A stretch of DNA of 64,000 bases. Source: Candidatus Latescibacterota bacterium. Lineage in GTDB: Bacteria; Latescibacterota; UBA2968. The notes under the pieces are model-generated. The model worked only from the letters and a program-made list of their open reading frames with translations, made no database searches and was not told the DNA's origin. The stretch's first letter is position 1; every line of letters begins with the position of its first letter. Below, one piece after another: positions 1 through 9,487 of the stretch. The stretch is from NCBI GenBank assembly GCA_965207885.1, contig OZ242311.1:4640001-4704000 (forward strand), read 5' to 3'. A program made the translations under genes and the position numbers.

Positions 1-756
1 GCTGTGTGTCGCGTGTTCTTCTTTGATCCAGTCATAGCCTTTTTCTTCCAATTCCAGGGCGAGTGTTTTGTCGCCCGATTGCACGATGCGTCCGTCGAGT
101 ATAACGTGGACGAAGTCGGGCACGATGTTGTTGAGCAAGCGCTGATAGTGCGTGACCACAATGGTCGCTTTGTCCGCGCTGTGGAGTGTATTGACGCCGT
201 TGGCAACAACGCGCAGGGCGTCGATATCGAGTCCGGAGTCGGTTTCGTCGAGTATGGCGAGGCGGGGTTCCAGAACAGCCATTTGCAAAATTTCATGGCG
301 TTTTTTTTCGCCGCCAGAAAAGCCTTCGTTTACCGAACGTTTGAGGAATTTTTCGTCCATTTCGACCAGTTTGAGTTTGTCGCGAATCAGCGCGAGGAAG
401 TCTATGGCATCGACTTCTTCTTCATCTCTGGCCGTTCGAAGGGCGTTGAGTGCTGTGCGCAGGAAGTACGCGCTGTTGACACCGGGTATTTCTACCGGGT
501 ACTGAAAGGCGAGGAAGACGCCATGTGCTGCGCGTTCATCCGGGTCCATATCGAGCAGGTCCTGGCCCTCGTAGATGACTTCGCCTTCTGTAACGCTATA
601 GGCTTCGTGCCCCGCGAGTACCTGGGCCAATGTGCTTTTGCCCGATCCGTTGGGGCCCATAATGGCGTGGATTTCTCCCGCGTTGACCGCGAGGTCGATG
701 CCGTGAAGAATTTCCGCGCCTTCCACACCTGCGTGTAGGTTCCGAATTTCGAGCAT
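1..756 (-). CDS. sufC: Fe-S cluster assembly ATPase SufC (3' end runs off window)
   Basis: Not in ORF track. Manual translation from ATG at 756 gives [42 protein letters not shown] (Walker A) and ends ...[16 protein letters not shown] at the window edge; directly downstream of sufB. Confidence 0.95.
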   Translation of the reverse strand, partial: MLEIRNLHAGVEGAEILHGIDLAVNAGEIHAIMGPNGSGKSTLAQVLAGHEAYSVTEGEVIYEGQDLLDMDPDERAAHGVFLAFQYPVEIPGVNSAYFLRTALNALRTARDEEEVDAIDFLALIRDKLKLVEMDEKFLKRSVNEGFSGGEKKRHEILQMAVLEPRLAILDETDSGLDIDALRVVANGVNTLHSADKATIVVTHYQRLLNNIVPDFVHVILDGRIVQSGDKTLALELEEKGYDWIKEEHATHS

Positions 757-777
757 GTTATTTCCTTAGAGTGTGAT

Positions 778-2247
778 CTAACCGACGCTGCCTTCGAGGC
801 TGATGCCGAGGAGTTTTTGGGCTTCGACTGCAAATTCCATGGGTAGTTCTGCGAGAACTTCTTTGCAGAAGCCGTTGACGATCATTGAGACGGCGTCTTC
901 TGTGGAGATGCCGCGCTGGTTGCAATAGAAGATCTGATCTTCGCCAATTTTGGATGTGGTGGCTTCGTGTTCGACCTGCGCGGATGGGTTGCGCACGTCG
1001 ATATAGGGAAAGGTGTGTGCGCCACACTGGTCGCCGATGAGCATGGAGTCGCATTGCGTAAAGTTTCTGGCGTTGTGCGCGCCTTTGAGCACTTGTACGG
1101 CTCCGCGATAGGTGTTTTGTCCGAGCAGGGCGGATATGCCTTTGGAGATGATGGTACTTCGAGTATTTTTCCCTATGTGAATCATTTTTGTGCCGGTGTC
1201 CGCCTGTTGTTTCAGGGAAGTGACGGCGACAGAGTAAAATTCGCCAACTGAGTTGTCACCCTGAAGAATGCAACTCGGATATTTCCAGGTGATGGCCGAT
1301 CCGGTTTCGACTTGTGTCCATGAGATTTTGGAATTTGCGCCCCGGCAAGCGCCGCGTTTGGTGACGAAGTTGTAGATGCCGCCTTTGCCATCTATGTCGC
1401 CGGGATACCAGTTCTGGACGGTGGAGTATTTGATCTGTGCATTGTCGAGTGCGACGAGTTCGACTACGGCGGCGTGGAGTTGATTTTCGTCGCGCATTGG
1501 CGCTGTGCACCCTTCCAAATACGATACATAAGCACCCTCTTCAGCGATGACGAGCGTGCGCTCAAACTGCCCGGTGTTGGCGGCGTTGATGCGGAAATAA
1601 GTCGATAATTCCATTGGGCAGCGCACGCCTTTGGGGATATAGCAAAAGGACCCATCGCTAAAGACAGCCGAGTTGAGGGCGGCAAAATAATTGTCGGTGT
1701 GCGGGACGACAGAACCGAGATACTGGCGCACGAGGTCGGGATGATCTTGCACGGCTTCTGAAAAAGAGCAAAAGATAACGCCCGCTTCGGCGAGTGTTTC
1801 CTTAAAGGTGGTCGCGACTGAGACGCTGTCAAAGACCGCATCGACAGCCACACCGGCCAGCATTTTTTGCTCTTCGAGAGGTATGCCGAGTTTTTCATAG
1901 GTGGCGAGCAGTTCGGGATCGACTTCGTCCAGGCTTGCGGGACCATCGCCTGCGTTTTTCGGTGCTGCGTAATACACGATGCTTTGATAGTCGATATCGG
2001 GGTAGGTGACCATGGCCCACTGTTCGCTTTTTTTGCGTTTGAGCGGGTCTGTCATGGTCAGCCAATGGCGATAGGCTTTTAAGCGCCATTCGAGCAGCCA
2101 GTCGGGTTCATTTTTTTTCTCAGAAATAAATCGAATAATGTCTTCGTTCAGACCTGGAGGCGCAGATTCCTGCTCGATATCTGTCACCCATCCAAATTTG
2201 TAATCACTCGTTGCGAGCGTTTCAAGTTCCTGGGCTTGTGAACTCAT
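778..2247 (-). CDS. sufB: Fe-S cluster assembly protein SufB
   Basis: Typical SufB motifs ([47 protein letters not shown]); AAGGAG RBS. Confidence 0.97.
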   Translation of the reverse strand: MSSQAQELETLATSDYKFGWVTDIEQESAPPGLNEDIIRFISEKKNEPDWLLEWRLKAYRHWLTMTDPLKRKKSEQWAMVTYPDIDYQSIVYYAAPKNAGDGPASLDEVDPELLATYEKLGIPLEEQKMLAGVAVDAVFDSVSVATTFKETLAEAGVIFCSFSEAVQDHPDLVRQYLGSVVPHTDNYFAALNSAVFSDGSFCYIPKGVRCPMELSTYFRINAANTGQFERTLVIAEEGAYVSYLEGCTAPMRDENQLHAAVVELVALDNAQIKYSTVQNWYPGDIDGKGGIYNFVTKRGACRGANSKISWTQVETGSAITWKYPSCILQGDNSVGEFYSVAVTSLKQQADTGTKMIHIGKNTRSTIISKGISALLGQNTYRGAVQVLKGAHNARNFTQCDSMLIGDQCGAHTFPYIDVRNPSAQVEHEATTSKIGEDQIFYCNQRGISTEDAVSMIVNGFCKEVLAELPMEFAVEAQKLLGISLEGSVG

Positions 2248-2292
2248 TGTAGAACTCCTTTTGAGGTCTAAAAAGTAAGCCGTGCAATGGCA

Positions 2293-2321
2293 AACTTACC
2301 TAAAGCATACAAAAATGTCAA
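2293..2321 (-). promoter_or_regulatory. Putative sigma70 promoter of sufBC
   Basis: Minus strand TTGACA-17 nt-TAAGTT upstream of sufB. Confidence 0.55.
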
Positions 2322-2384
2322 GATTAAAGACGAAAAAAAATTAAAAAATAATTTGTTGTAAAGTAATATATTAGAGGTGATAAA

Positions 2385-2807
2385 TTATCCCCATGCCTTG
2401 CCGCTGGCGCGCCTGCGACGCTTGCTGCCGGGCAGGTCTTTTTTGGCAACGGCAAAGCCGAGTAGCCCTTTTTGTCCGAGCTTTTTGAGATAGGCGAGCA
2501 GGGATATTTCGGCTTCTTTCACATTGAGCTGGTGGATTTTGCTCAGGCGTTTAATGATGGCTTCGACGGTTGTGCGCCCGTCACACATGTCCCAGACCTG
2601 CGCGCCAATTTCGTCGAGTACCAGTGTTTTTTGTTGGGGAATCCAAAAGATTTTAGATAGCGTGCGCACTTTCCACGAATCGCCGCGGGTGAGGGTGACG
2701 TGGATCTCGCCATCGTCGTTTTTTTCCCATTCGACCTGGTTGTTGCGAACGGGTTTGGATTTGAACATGGCTTCGCGGCCAATTTTGGGTTGTTTTTTGA
2801 ATAGCAT
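2385..2807 (-). CDS. PqqD-family (RiPP recognition element-like) protein
   Basis: LDEIGAQVWDMCDGRTTVEAIIKRL...LLAYLKKLGQKGLL is the PqqD winged-helix pattern. Confidence 0.8.
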   Translation of the reverse strand: MLFKKQPKIGREAMFKSKPVRNNQVEWEKNDDGEIHVTLTRGDSWKVRTLSKIFWIPQQKTLVLDEIGAQVWDMCDGRTTVEAIIKRLSKIHQLNVKEAEISLLAYLKKLGQKGLLGFAVAKKDLPGSKRRRRASGKAWG

Positions 2808-2846
2808 AACAGGACTCCGCGAATAGATAGGATAAACAATATTCTG

Positions 2847-3794
2847 TCAGGAAATGGCTGTTACATCCTTGCAATAGGCATCGAGGTTTGGGGCACCTTC
2901 GGATTTTTTCCAGTAGGTCTGTACGACAAAAATTTTATTGGTCTCCATATCGGTCCAAACCCGTCCCGAAAGGTTCTGACGGGGGCGCATATTCCAAAAG
3001 GGCAAGGGTTGAAGAAGGCCCTGCCATCGACTTTTGGGATGTCCATTGATCGAGAGTACAATATTGGAACCATGAGTTTGGATATCAGTTTCAATGTGAA
3101 TATGTCGAAGATCTTTTGTAAAAAATTCGACGTACCATTCATCGAGGTCTTTGCTACTGAGGATTGTGCGCGCTAAGCTGAAGCGGTCTATATTGAGCCG
3201 GGTCCGAGTGCTGTCTTTTTGAAATCTCAAGCCTATATGCCCGGATTTGAGCTCAAAATTTTCGAGTTCGTATTCCGGGGGGGATTGGCAGATCATGTCG
3301 TAGAGTGCCCAGGTCAGGGGATCGCCGGGTGGGGTGTCTCGAAGGGTATTGAAGATGGGAGGCAGAACAGCATCGAGGTTTTCATCCGTGCGCCCCATAA
3401 TGCGAATAAAAATGAGACGGTCCGAGGCGGGGCTATACGTCGCGAGCGTGTGTACTGTGTAACGCGATTCCCACACAAAATACTGCGTGTTTTGCATGGC
3501 GGGAAGGTCGAGGTCAATGGCTTTGGGGTTGCGTTCAACGCGCAGACGGCTTTTTTGTTTTTTGGCGTTTTTTGCCAGACCTTCGATGTAGCGATCCACA
3601 ATTTGCGCCACGCGGTCATCCCCTCGCGCTTCTTTCCATTCGAGTTCGAGGCGTGCAATTTGAGAATCGTCGAGGCGCACTTCGCCCGAGTTGGCTTCGC
3701 CCGATATTTTACCCGGGTTCCATTCTGATGGAATGGTCAGGCCAATGCCATGCCAGGAAAAGGGTGCGTATTCGTCAAATGTGAGGTTTTTCAT
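2847..3794 (-). CDS. Hypothetical protein, likely co-transcribed with the PqqD-family gene
   Basis: Long ORF with probable start MKNLTF at 3794; no recognised motif. Confidence 0.7.
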   Translation of the reverse strand: MKNLTFDEYAPFSWHGIGLTIPSEWNPGKISGEANSGEVRLDDSQIARLELEWKEARGDDRVAQIVDRYIEGLAKNAKKQKSRLRVERNPKAIDLDLPAMQNTQYFVWESRYTVHTLATYSPASDRLIFIRIMGRTDENLDAVLPPIFNTLRDTPPGDPLTWALYDMICQSPPEYELENFELKSGHIGLRFQKDSTRTRLNIDRFSLARTILSSKDLDEWYVEFFTKDLRHIHIETDIQTHGSNIVLSINGHPKSRWQGLLQPLPFWNMRPRQNLSGRVWTDMETNKIFVVQTYWKKSEGAPNLDAYCKDVTAIS

Positions 3795-3958
3795 GGTGCT
3801 CTTTCCGTTCCGTGCTCGTGCGTCTGCGCTCACACAGATAAGATACAAGTGGGTATTTGCGGTGTCAAGAGAGGATATGTAGATGTATTTACGTTGTTTA
3901 GTGTGGATGAAATAGGGAAAGAGAGTACATTTTTTTTAAAATTATTTGAGATGAAAAC

Positions 3959-3997
3959 TTGACGGATGCACGAACGTTCACTATATTCAAATGTGCA
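3959..3997 (+). promoter_or_regulatory. lexA promoter with candidate tandem LexA boxes
   Basis: TTGACG(3959)-17 nt-TATATT(3982); TGCAC-GAAC-GTTCA (3967-3980) in the spacer and TATTC-AAAT-GTGCA (3984-3997) over the -10/+1 region. Confidence 0.65.
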
Positions 3998-4043
3998 GGT
4001 TATTGATATATGCGTTTTTAAAAAATAAATAAGGAGGTGTGTT

Positions 4044-4673
4044 ATGCGAAAAAAACTAACTGCGCGCCAACAGGAGATATACGATTTTATTGCCCAGGTG
4101 ATTCGCAACCAGGGATATCCGCCTACGATCCGAGAAATTATGGAGGCTTTTGGCATTGCTTCAACCAATGGCGTACGAACCACGCTGTCTGCATTGGAAA
4201 AGAAGGGGTATATTCGGCGAACTGCCATGCTGTCGCGCAGTATTGAGTTGACGGATTATCAGGCACGCGATGCATCGCTTTCTGGCGATGTGCGCGAAGT
4301 GCCAGTGATTGGGCGCGTTGCTGCCGGTGAACCGATTCTGGCAATGGAAAATATCGAGAGTACGCTTGCGGTTGATTCCGGGTTTGTGCCGCGCGGCGAT
4401 GTTTTTGCCCTTCAGGTTGAGGGTGATAGCATGCGCGACGCCGGAATATTAGACGGCGATTTTGTGCTCGCGCGCCATCAAGAATCCGCCCATCAAGGTG
4501 AGATTGTCGTGGCTGTGATTGGCGAAGAAGCGACGGTTAAGCGCTACTATCGAGAGGGTTCACAGGTTAAGTTGGTGCCCGAAAATGAAGCCTATCAACC
4601 CATTGTGGTGGGTGAAAGCCACGAGTCATTCCGTATTGCCGGTAAAATTGTGGGTTTGATGCGGTCTTTTTAG
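4044..4673 (+). CDS. lexA: SOS repressor LexA
   Basis: N-terminal wHTH (YPPTIREI), Ala-Gly cleavage site (VAAGEP), catalytic Ser (GDSM) and Lys (ATVKR); AGGAGG RBS. Confidence 0.97.
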   Translation: MRKKLTARQQEIYDFIAQVIRNQGYPPTIREIMEAFGIASTNGVRTTLSALEKKGYIRRTAMLSRSIELTDYQARDASLSGDVREVPVIGRVAAGEPILAMENIESTLAVDSGFVPRGDVFALQVEGDSMRDAGILDGDFVLARHQESAHQGEIVVAVIGEEATVKRYYREGSQVKLVPENEAYQPIVVGESHESFRIAGKIVGLMRSF

Positions 4674-4703
4674 ACGAGGCAGAATGCCGCTGCGTGACAG
4701 AAC

Positions 4704-4737
4704 AAAAGAGAGGTCTTAACAGATCTCTCTTTTTTAT
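4704..4737. terminator. Bidirectional intrinsic terminator between lexA and dprA
   Basis: AAAAGAGAGGTCT-TAAC-AGATCTCTCTTTT hairpin followed by T tract. Confidence 0.7.
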
Positions 4738-5852
4738 TTTTTTTGCCTGAAATGCATGCCCGGCAGTTGTTCGACATTGCCCTGGATTTCGAGGCTCAAG
4801 AGGATGTTGAGGGTTTCTCCAGAAGAGAATCCCGCGGCTCTGGCGAGGGTGTCAATATGTACGGGGGTCGCATCGTCAGACGGGTTGGCAAGAGCGTCCC
4901 ATACGCGTTGTTCTCGGTCGGATAGAGAGGGTTGCTCAGAGGGTTGATGCTCGTTCTGCTCCGTTGCGGGGGGGAGCGCTGACTGATGTTCAATTTCGCT
5001 CAAAATATCTTGCGCTGTCTGCACGAGAATGGCTCCCTGGCTGAGAAGACTATTTGTGCCCTGACTTTTTCCCGAGTAAATTGGACCGGGTACGGCAAAG
5101 ACATCGCGGTTCTGGTCAAGAGCAAATTGGGCGGTGATGAGTGCGCCGCTCTGTTTGCCCGCTTCAACAACGACTGTGCCGAGGCTCAAGCCACTGATGA
5201 TGCGGTTGCGTCTTGGAAAGTTGTGGGCTTCTGGACCGGTGCCCAGTGGGAATTCTGAGAAGACCACACCGCGTTCACATATTTGTTGAAATAGGGTGCG
5301 ATTTTCAGGTGGATAGGGACAATCGAGGCTGCTGCCAAGCACTGCTGCTGTTGCGCCGTGTTCGAGTGCCCCCCGGTGTGCATGGGTATCAATGCCGACG
5401 GCCATTCCGCTGACTACTGTTATGCCCGCTCTGGCGAGATCACTTCCCAGGCGATGCGCGGTTTCCCGTCCATAAGCCGTGAAAGAGCGCGAGCCGACAA
5501 TGCTTATGGTGGGGCTGTGGCAATGGCTTATGTCGCCTTTTGCAAAGAGCAGAGGTGGTGGGGCGTAGATTTGGGTTAGAATTTCGGGATAGAGGGGATC
5601 TGTGAGCGTGCAGATCTGGATGTCGAGGTCTTTTGCGCGTGAGACTTGATCTCGCGCCCATGTCCAGTCTCGATTGGTAGAGATAGATTGTGCGGTACTG
5701 GGACCAATGCCGGGGATTTCGCACAGTGCTCTGGGAGATTGCAAGAGAATATTTTCCGGTGTTTCAAAATGCTCGAGAAGAGCGCAATAGGCAGCGGGAC
5801 CCAGACCCGGTACGGCATAGAGTACCAGCCAAGGTAGAGCGTGGTCACACAT
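4734..5852 (-). CDS. dprA: DNA-processing protein DprA
   Basis: IVGSR, VSGMAVGID, FPRRNRIISGLS, SGALITA motifs; C-terminal wHTH. Confidence 0.95.
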   Translation of the reverse strand: MCDHALPWLVLYAVPGLGPAAYCALLEHFETPENILLQSPRALCEIPGIGPSTAQSISTNRDWTWARDQVSRAKDLDIQICTLTDPLYPEILTQIYAPPPLLFAKGDISHCHSPTISIVGSRSFTAYGRETAHRLGSDLARAGITVVSGMAVGIDTHAHRGALEHGATAAVLGSSLDCPYPPENRTLFQQICERGVVFSEFPLGTGPEAHNFPRRNRIISGLSLGTVVVEAGKQSGALITAQFALDQNRDVFAVPGPIYSGKSQGTNSLLSQGAILVQTAQDILSEIEHQSALPPATEQNEHQPSEQPSLSDREQRVWDALANPSDDATPVHIDTLARAAGFSSGETLNILLSLEIQGNVEQLPGMHFRQKK

Positions 5853-5905
5853 AATGTCTCGTTTGAGATGGAGTTTTTGGGGATATAGACAGCAATGTTT
5901 ATGCC

Positions 5906-5936
5906 AAAAAAAAAGCCCGTTAAATGGGCTTTTTTT
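5906..5936. terminator. Intrinsic terminator downstream of sulfatase
   Basis: A9-GCCC-loop-GGGC-T7. Confidence 0.65.
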
Positions 5937-6008
5937 CTTTTTTATGTGAATATTTTGTTCACAATGCGGATGATGGGTTGAAATATTTGAATACTGGAAG
6001 AGAAGGAT

Positions 6009-7487
6009 TCAGTCTCTTGAATATCCGGGGATATTGTAGAGCGGAACCGCCCATCCCGCATCCTGAATTAACAAATTTGCATCCACACTTTTGGGTTCAG
6101 CTATCGCGCCAAAGTCTTTCCATTGGTCGCCATCCAGGGGTTCGGTATAGTTTTCGTTTTGGAAAAAGCCTATTAGCTTTTCCCGCATTGTTTTTACCTC
6201 GGAAGCGTACAGGATATTGTACGCACAGTTGCGCGTTTCCTCTGAGTCTGTGCGGTGATCGAGCAAGTATTCCTTTTGGTCGCCGGCTGAATAGATGTAT
6301 TTCAAGTTGCCGTCATAGGCCATGTACATACCCCGTTGTCCGCGCTGGATCTGACCGTAAATCATTCGTTCGCGCCCATTGCCTACGAGATCGGCCATGT
6401 CCTTCCCGTCTAAATCTGCGTTGTGATGGGAAATATCTGCTGCGCCCAAAAATGTCGGGATCAGGTCCATCAATCCACACGGCGTTTCTTCTATAATACC
6501 GCGGGGAAAACGCTCGGGATAGCGCACCAGCATGGGGACTCGGGCCGCTGCATCGAGAAAGCTGCGCTTGCCGAAACAGTTGTAATCTCCCAGCAGTTCA
6601 CCGTGATCCGATGACCAGACAATGAGGGTATTGTCCAGTTCGCCCTGTTGTTCGAGTTCGTCAATGATCCGGCCCACGCTGTAGTCGATAAACGATATGC
6701 ACGCCCAGTAATACCCGCGCATGACCTGCAACATGCGATTGTCCAATCCCGCATCGCGGTATTTGTATCGATTCTGATGGCGGTTGAAATGCGTCCACAG
6801 GTCTTCCATGTTATCGGGGCGTTTGGGAAAGGGCATTAAGGAACCGCGATAGAGTTTGTTCCAGGGCGTTGGCGGTGAAAAGGGTGGATGTGGATGGATA
6901 AAACTCGACCACAGGAAGAACGGTTTGGAAGTGTCGCGGTTTTTCAGAAAGTCAATGCTGCGGTCCGCGACCCAGGCCGTTGGATGATGGCGTGCGGGAA
7001 GTTGAGAAATTTGCGGGATATAATACATTTCTCCTCTTGCACCCATAGGATCGTGTACATAGTCATAGCCGTGTGCATGCAAGTATTTTAGATAATCGTT
7101 TGTATCAATCGTTCCCGAGATTTCTTCCTGTACATCTCGCGCGTGAAATCCCCGCAGTCCTCCACGATCACCGGTAAAGTGCATTTTGCCCACTCCGTGA
7201 CAGAGGTACCCGCCCTGTGCGAGGAGATCCATCAGAGATGGGCGGTCTGTCGGTTGTCGAAATCCATTGTCAAAGCACCCATTTTTGTGCGGATATTGTC
7301 CGGTAATAAGGGATGCACGCGCCGATACACAAACGGGCGAGGGCGTGTATCCTTTGGTAAAATTCACTCCTTCATGACACAACCGATCCATCACTGGTGT
7401 GCGAATATGCGGATTGCCTGCCGCGTGAATGGTGTCCCAGCGTTGCTGGTCGGTAAATGCGAATAGAATATTGGGTTGTTTGGGCAT
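6009..7487 (-). CDS. Sulfatase (S1 family), CVSAR active-site variant
   Basis: PNILFAFTDQQR, CVSARASLITG, GKMH, SDHGELLGD motifs. Confidence 0.9.
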   Translation of the reverse strand: MPKQPNILFAFTDQQRWDTIHAAGNPHIRTPVMDRLCHEGVNFTKGYTPSPVCVSARASLITGQYPHKNGCFDNGFRQPTDRPSLMDLLAQGGYLCHGVGKMHFTGDRGGLRGFHARDVQEEISGTIDTNDYLKYLHAHGYDYVHDPMGARGEMYYIPQISQLPARHHPTAWVADRSIDFLKNRDTSKPFFLWSSFIHPHPPFSPPTPWNKLYRGSLMPFPKRPDNMEDLWTHFNRHQNRYKYRDAGLDNRMLQVMRGYYWACISFIDYSVGRIIDELEQQGELDNTLIVWSSDHGELLGDYNCFGKRSFLDAAARVPMLVRYPERFPRGIIEETPCGLMDLIPTFLGAADISHHNADLDGKDMADLVGNGRERMIYGQIQRGQRGMYMAYDGNLKYIYSAGDQKEYLLDHRTDSEETRNCAYNILYASEVKTMREKLIGFFQNENYTEPLDGDQWKDFGAIAEPKSVDANLLIQDAGWAVPLYNIPGYSRD

Positions 7488-7534
7488 TTTTCACTCCCTG
7501 GAGAATACTGACTTAACCCGCGTCAGCACATGTT

Positions 7535-8815
7535 TTAATAACTCGAAGCTTTCATGTAAAAACACAGCCAAAATCCCACCAAAACGGTTGTGGCAGATAG
7601 GGCAAACACGCCTTGAAGATGTACGAGGTCTGCGAGTACGCCTCCAAATATGGGATAGAGCGAACCAATGCCCAGCACAGTGTTGGTGATGCCGATATAG
7701 GTTGGGCGACGCTCTGCTGGCGCGATGTCCAAAAGATAACTTTTAAATCCGATAAAGATGCCCGTTGTCGTTCCGCCTATCAAAAGAAAAATCGGTGAAA
7801 AGCAAGCCGCGATTATCCACTCAGACGCATGTTGCAACAAACTCGCCTGGTTGCTCAAGATCAATGCCATACACGGAATTAAAGCTACGCCCAATACGGC
7901 GAACAAGACCACGCGGTGGTTTCCGTAATTGAGCGAGAGTCTTCCCCATATTATATTAAAAATAGCCGCGCCTATGGTTTGTATGGCCAAAAAAAAGCCG
8001 ACGGTACTTTCCGAGATGTAAAATGCCTCTCGGGCGAGCACTACGTAAAAAGGAAGTGAGAATCCGATGCCCGATGCCAGCATTTGGACCAGGAGGAACC
8101 GTCCAAAGTTGCGGTCTCGGCGCAGTAATTGCGGAATACCGCGAATCACCTGAATGGCATTTCGGTGGGTTGTACCCATCTCGCCTTCTGGTTCTCGAAC
8201 CAGACAGAAACACCCGATGCCCAGACTCATCATTCCGGCACCCATTGCGAAGATCATGACGTAATTTATCGGAAAGTCATAACCGCTATCTAAGTCGAGA
8301 AAATACCTGACCAATATGCCCGCGAGAATGCTCAATACGCCGCCGAGAAATGAACGGGATGCGTAAAATAATCCCGTGTGTGACCTCGGTAGGGATCTTC
8401 CCACAATATCTGTATAGGCATTGCCCGCGGGGCCGCCAAAAAGAGAAGCAATGCCGTATAGGATGAGAAAGCTGCTCAATACCAGACTGGGCCGTTCGAG
8501 TCCGTACCACGCGAGGAGTGGCACAATTGTCCAGATCAGCGACATGCGAATGAGGTTGGCTTGCCTGTACACAGGTAGCCGACGCGCACGCCGCTCCAGA
8601 TATCCCGCCACGAGCAATTGGGGCAAATGCCAACCTGCGCGGTGTAGAGAAGCGGCCAGGCCGACCAGCGTATCTGAGGTTGTAAAATGCCGAATAAAAA
8701 CGGGTAAGACTGTGGTGGGGTCTAAAAATGCCGTGCCAAATGCGAAGATGCCGCCATTTAATGTTCCCACAATAAAGTTGAACCGCGTATTGCCCTTTTC
8801 GGGTAAGAATCCCAA
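7535..8815 (-). CDS. MFS transporter
   Basis: About 12 hydrophobic segments; MFS-like C-terminal IAPAERRPTYIG. Confidence 0.8.
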   Translation of the reverse strand: MGFLPEKGNTRFNFIVGTLNGGIFAFGTAFLDPTTVLPVFIRHFTTSDTLVGLAASLHRAGWHLPQLLVAGYLERRARRLPVYRQANLIRMSLIWTIVPLLAWYGLERPSLVLSSFLILYGIASLFGGPAGNAYTDIVGRSLPRSHTGLFYASRSFLGGVLSILAGILVRYFLDLDSGYDFPINYVMIFAMGAGMMSLGIGCFCLVREPEGEMGTTHRNAIQVIRGIPQLLRRDRNFGRFLLVQMLASGIGFSLPFYVVLAREAFYISESTVGFFLAIQTIGAAIFNIIWGRLSLNYGNHRVVLFAVLGVALIPCMALILSNQASLLQHASEWIIAACFSPIFLLIGGTTTGIFIGFKSYLLDIAPAERRPTYIGITNTVLGIGSLYPIFGGVLADLVHLQGVFALSATTVLVGFWLCFYMKASSY

Positions 8816-8945
8816 GGAATTGTCCCCACACCCAGTGAATTGCTAAGAAGTTATACGCTGTTCCACAATATAAAGCTTCTTGACAATCGGAAAACTCATT
8901 TCTATATCTTGGTTACAGATCACAATTCAGTGTAAGGAGAATTCT

Positions 8946-9416
8946 ATGTCCAAAATTATCTATCTCGCCAGTCCCTACGGCTTTTCGTCTCAACAGAAAC
9001 AGAAACTTTTGCCCGAGTTTGTTCAGGTGCTCGAGTCTCTCGGCGCAGAAGTGTGGGAACCGTTTGGACGCAATAATCAGATTGATAAAGCACAGCCTGG
9101 ATGGGCGTATCAAATCGGGCAGGCAGATGTGCGCGATGTCAAAGAATCAGACGCGATATTTGCCATTGTCAATGGTACGCCGCCCGATGAAGGTGTGATG
9201 GTTGAGCTTGGGATTGCCATTGCCCTGGAGAAAAAGACCTTTCTCTTTCGAGACGATTTTCGCCGTTGTACCGATTCAGAAGACTATGCGCTTAACCTTA
9301 TGCTCTTTACTGGTTTGCCAGAACACGGCTGGGAAGATTATTATTACACCTCTTTGGATGAAGTTGCCGATCCGGATAAGGCTCTGGTGCGCTGGCTAAA
9401 TGGAGCGGTAGATTGA
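8946..9416 (+). CDS. Nucleoside 2-deoxyribosyltransferase-family protein
   Basis: IYLASPYGF, D-x-G-x-x-x-E-L-G (DEGVMVELG) and NLML motifs; AAGGAG RBS before ATG 8946. Confidence 0.85.
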   Translation: MSKIIYLASPYGFSSQQKQKLLPEFVQVLESLGAEVWEPFGRNNQIDKAQPGWAYQIGQADVRDVKESDAIFAIVNGTPPDEGVMVELGIAIALEKKTFLFRDDFRRCTDSEDYALNLMLFTGLPEHGWEDYYYTSLDEVADPDKALVRWLNGAVD

Positions 9417-9432
9417 CGATGTGATGTGTTCC

Positions 9433-9468
9433 AAAAAAAGGGGCAACCGGAAAAGGTCGCCCCTTTTT
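9433..9468. terminator. Bidirectional terminator between NDT and KamA genes
   Basis: AAAAAAAGGGGCAACC-GGAAAA-GGTCGCCCCTTTTT. Confidence 0.7.
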
Positions 9469-9487
9469 ACTGTCTATTTGCTGTGCG

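Noticed and set aside
4-738. 244-aa plus-strand ORF
   Set aside because: Antisense shadow of sufC, which occupies the minus strand 1-756
2299-2325. Possible IscR/Rrf2 box over the suf promoter
   Set aside because: Only the TTGAC half resembles the motif and it coincides with the -35 element; no regulator gene nearby
5945-5963. TGTGAA-N7-TTCACA dyad resembling a Rex or CRP site
   Set aside because: Spacing fits neither Rex (TTGTGAA-N4-TTCACAA) nor CRP, and it lies in the 3' region of the sulfatase upstream of its terminator
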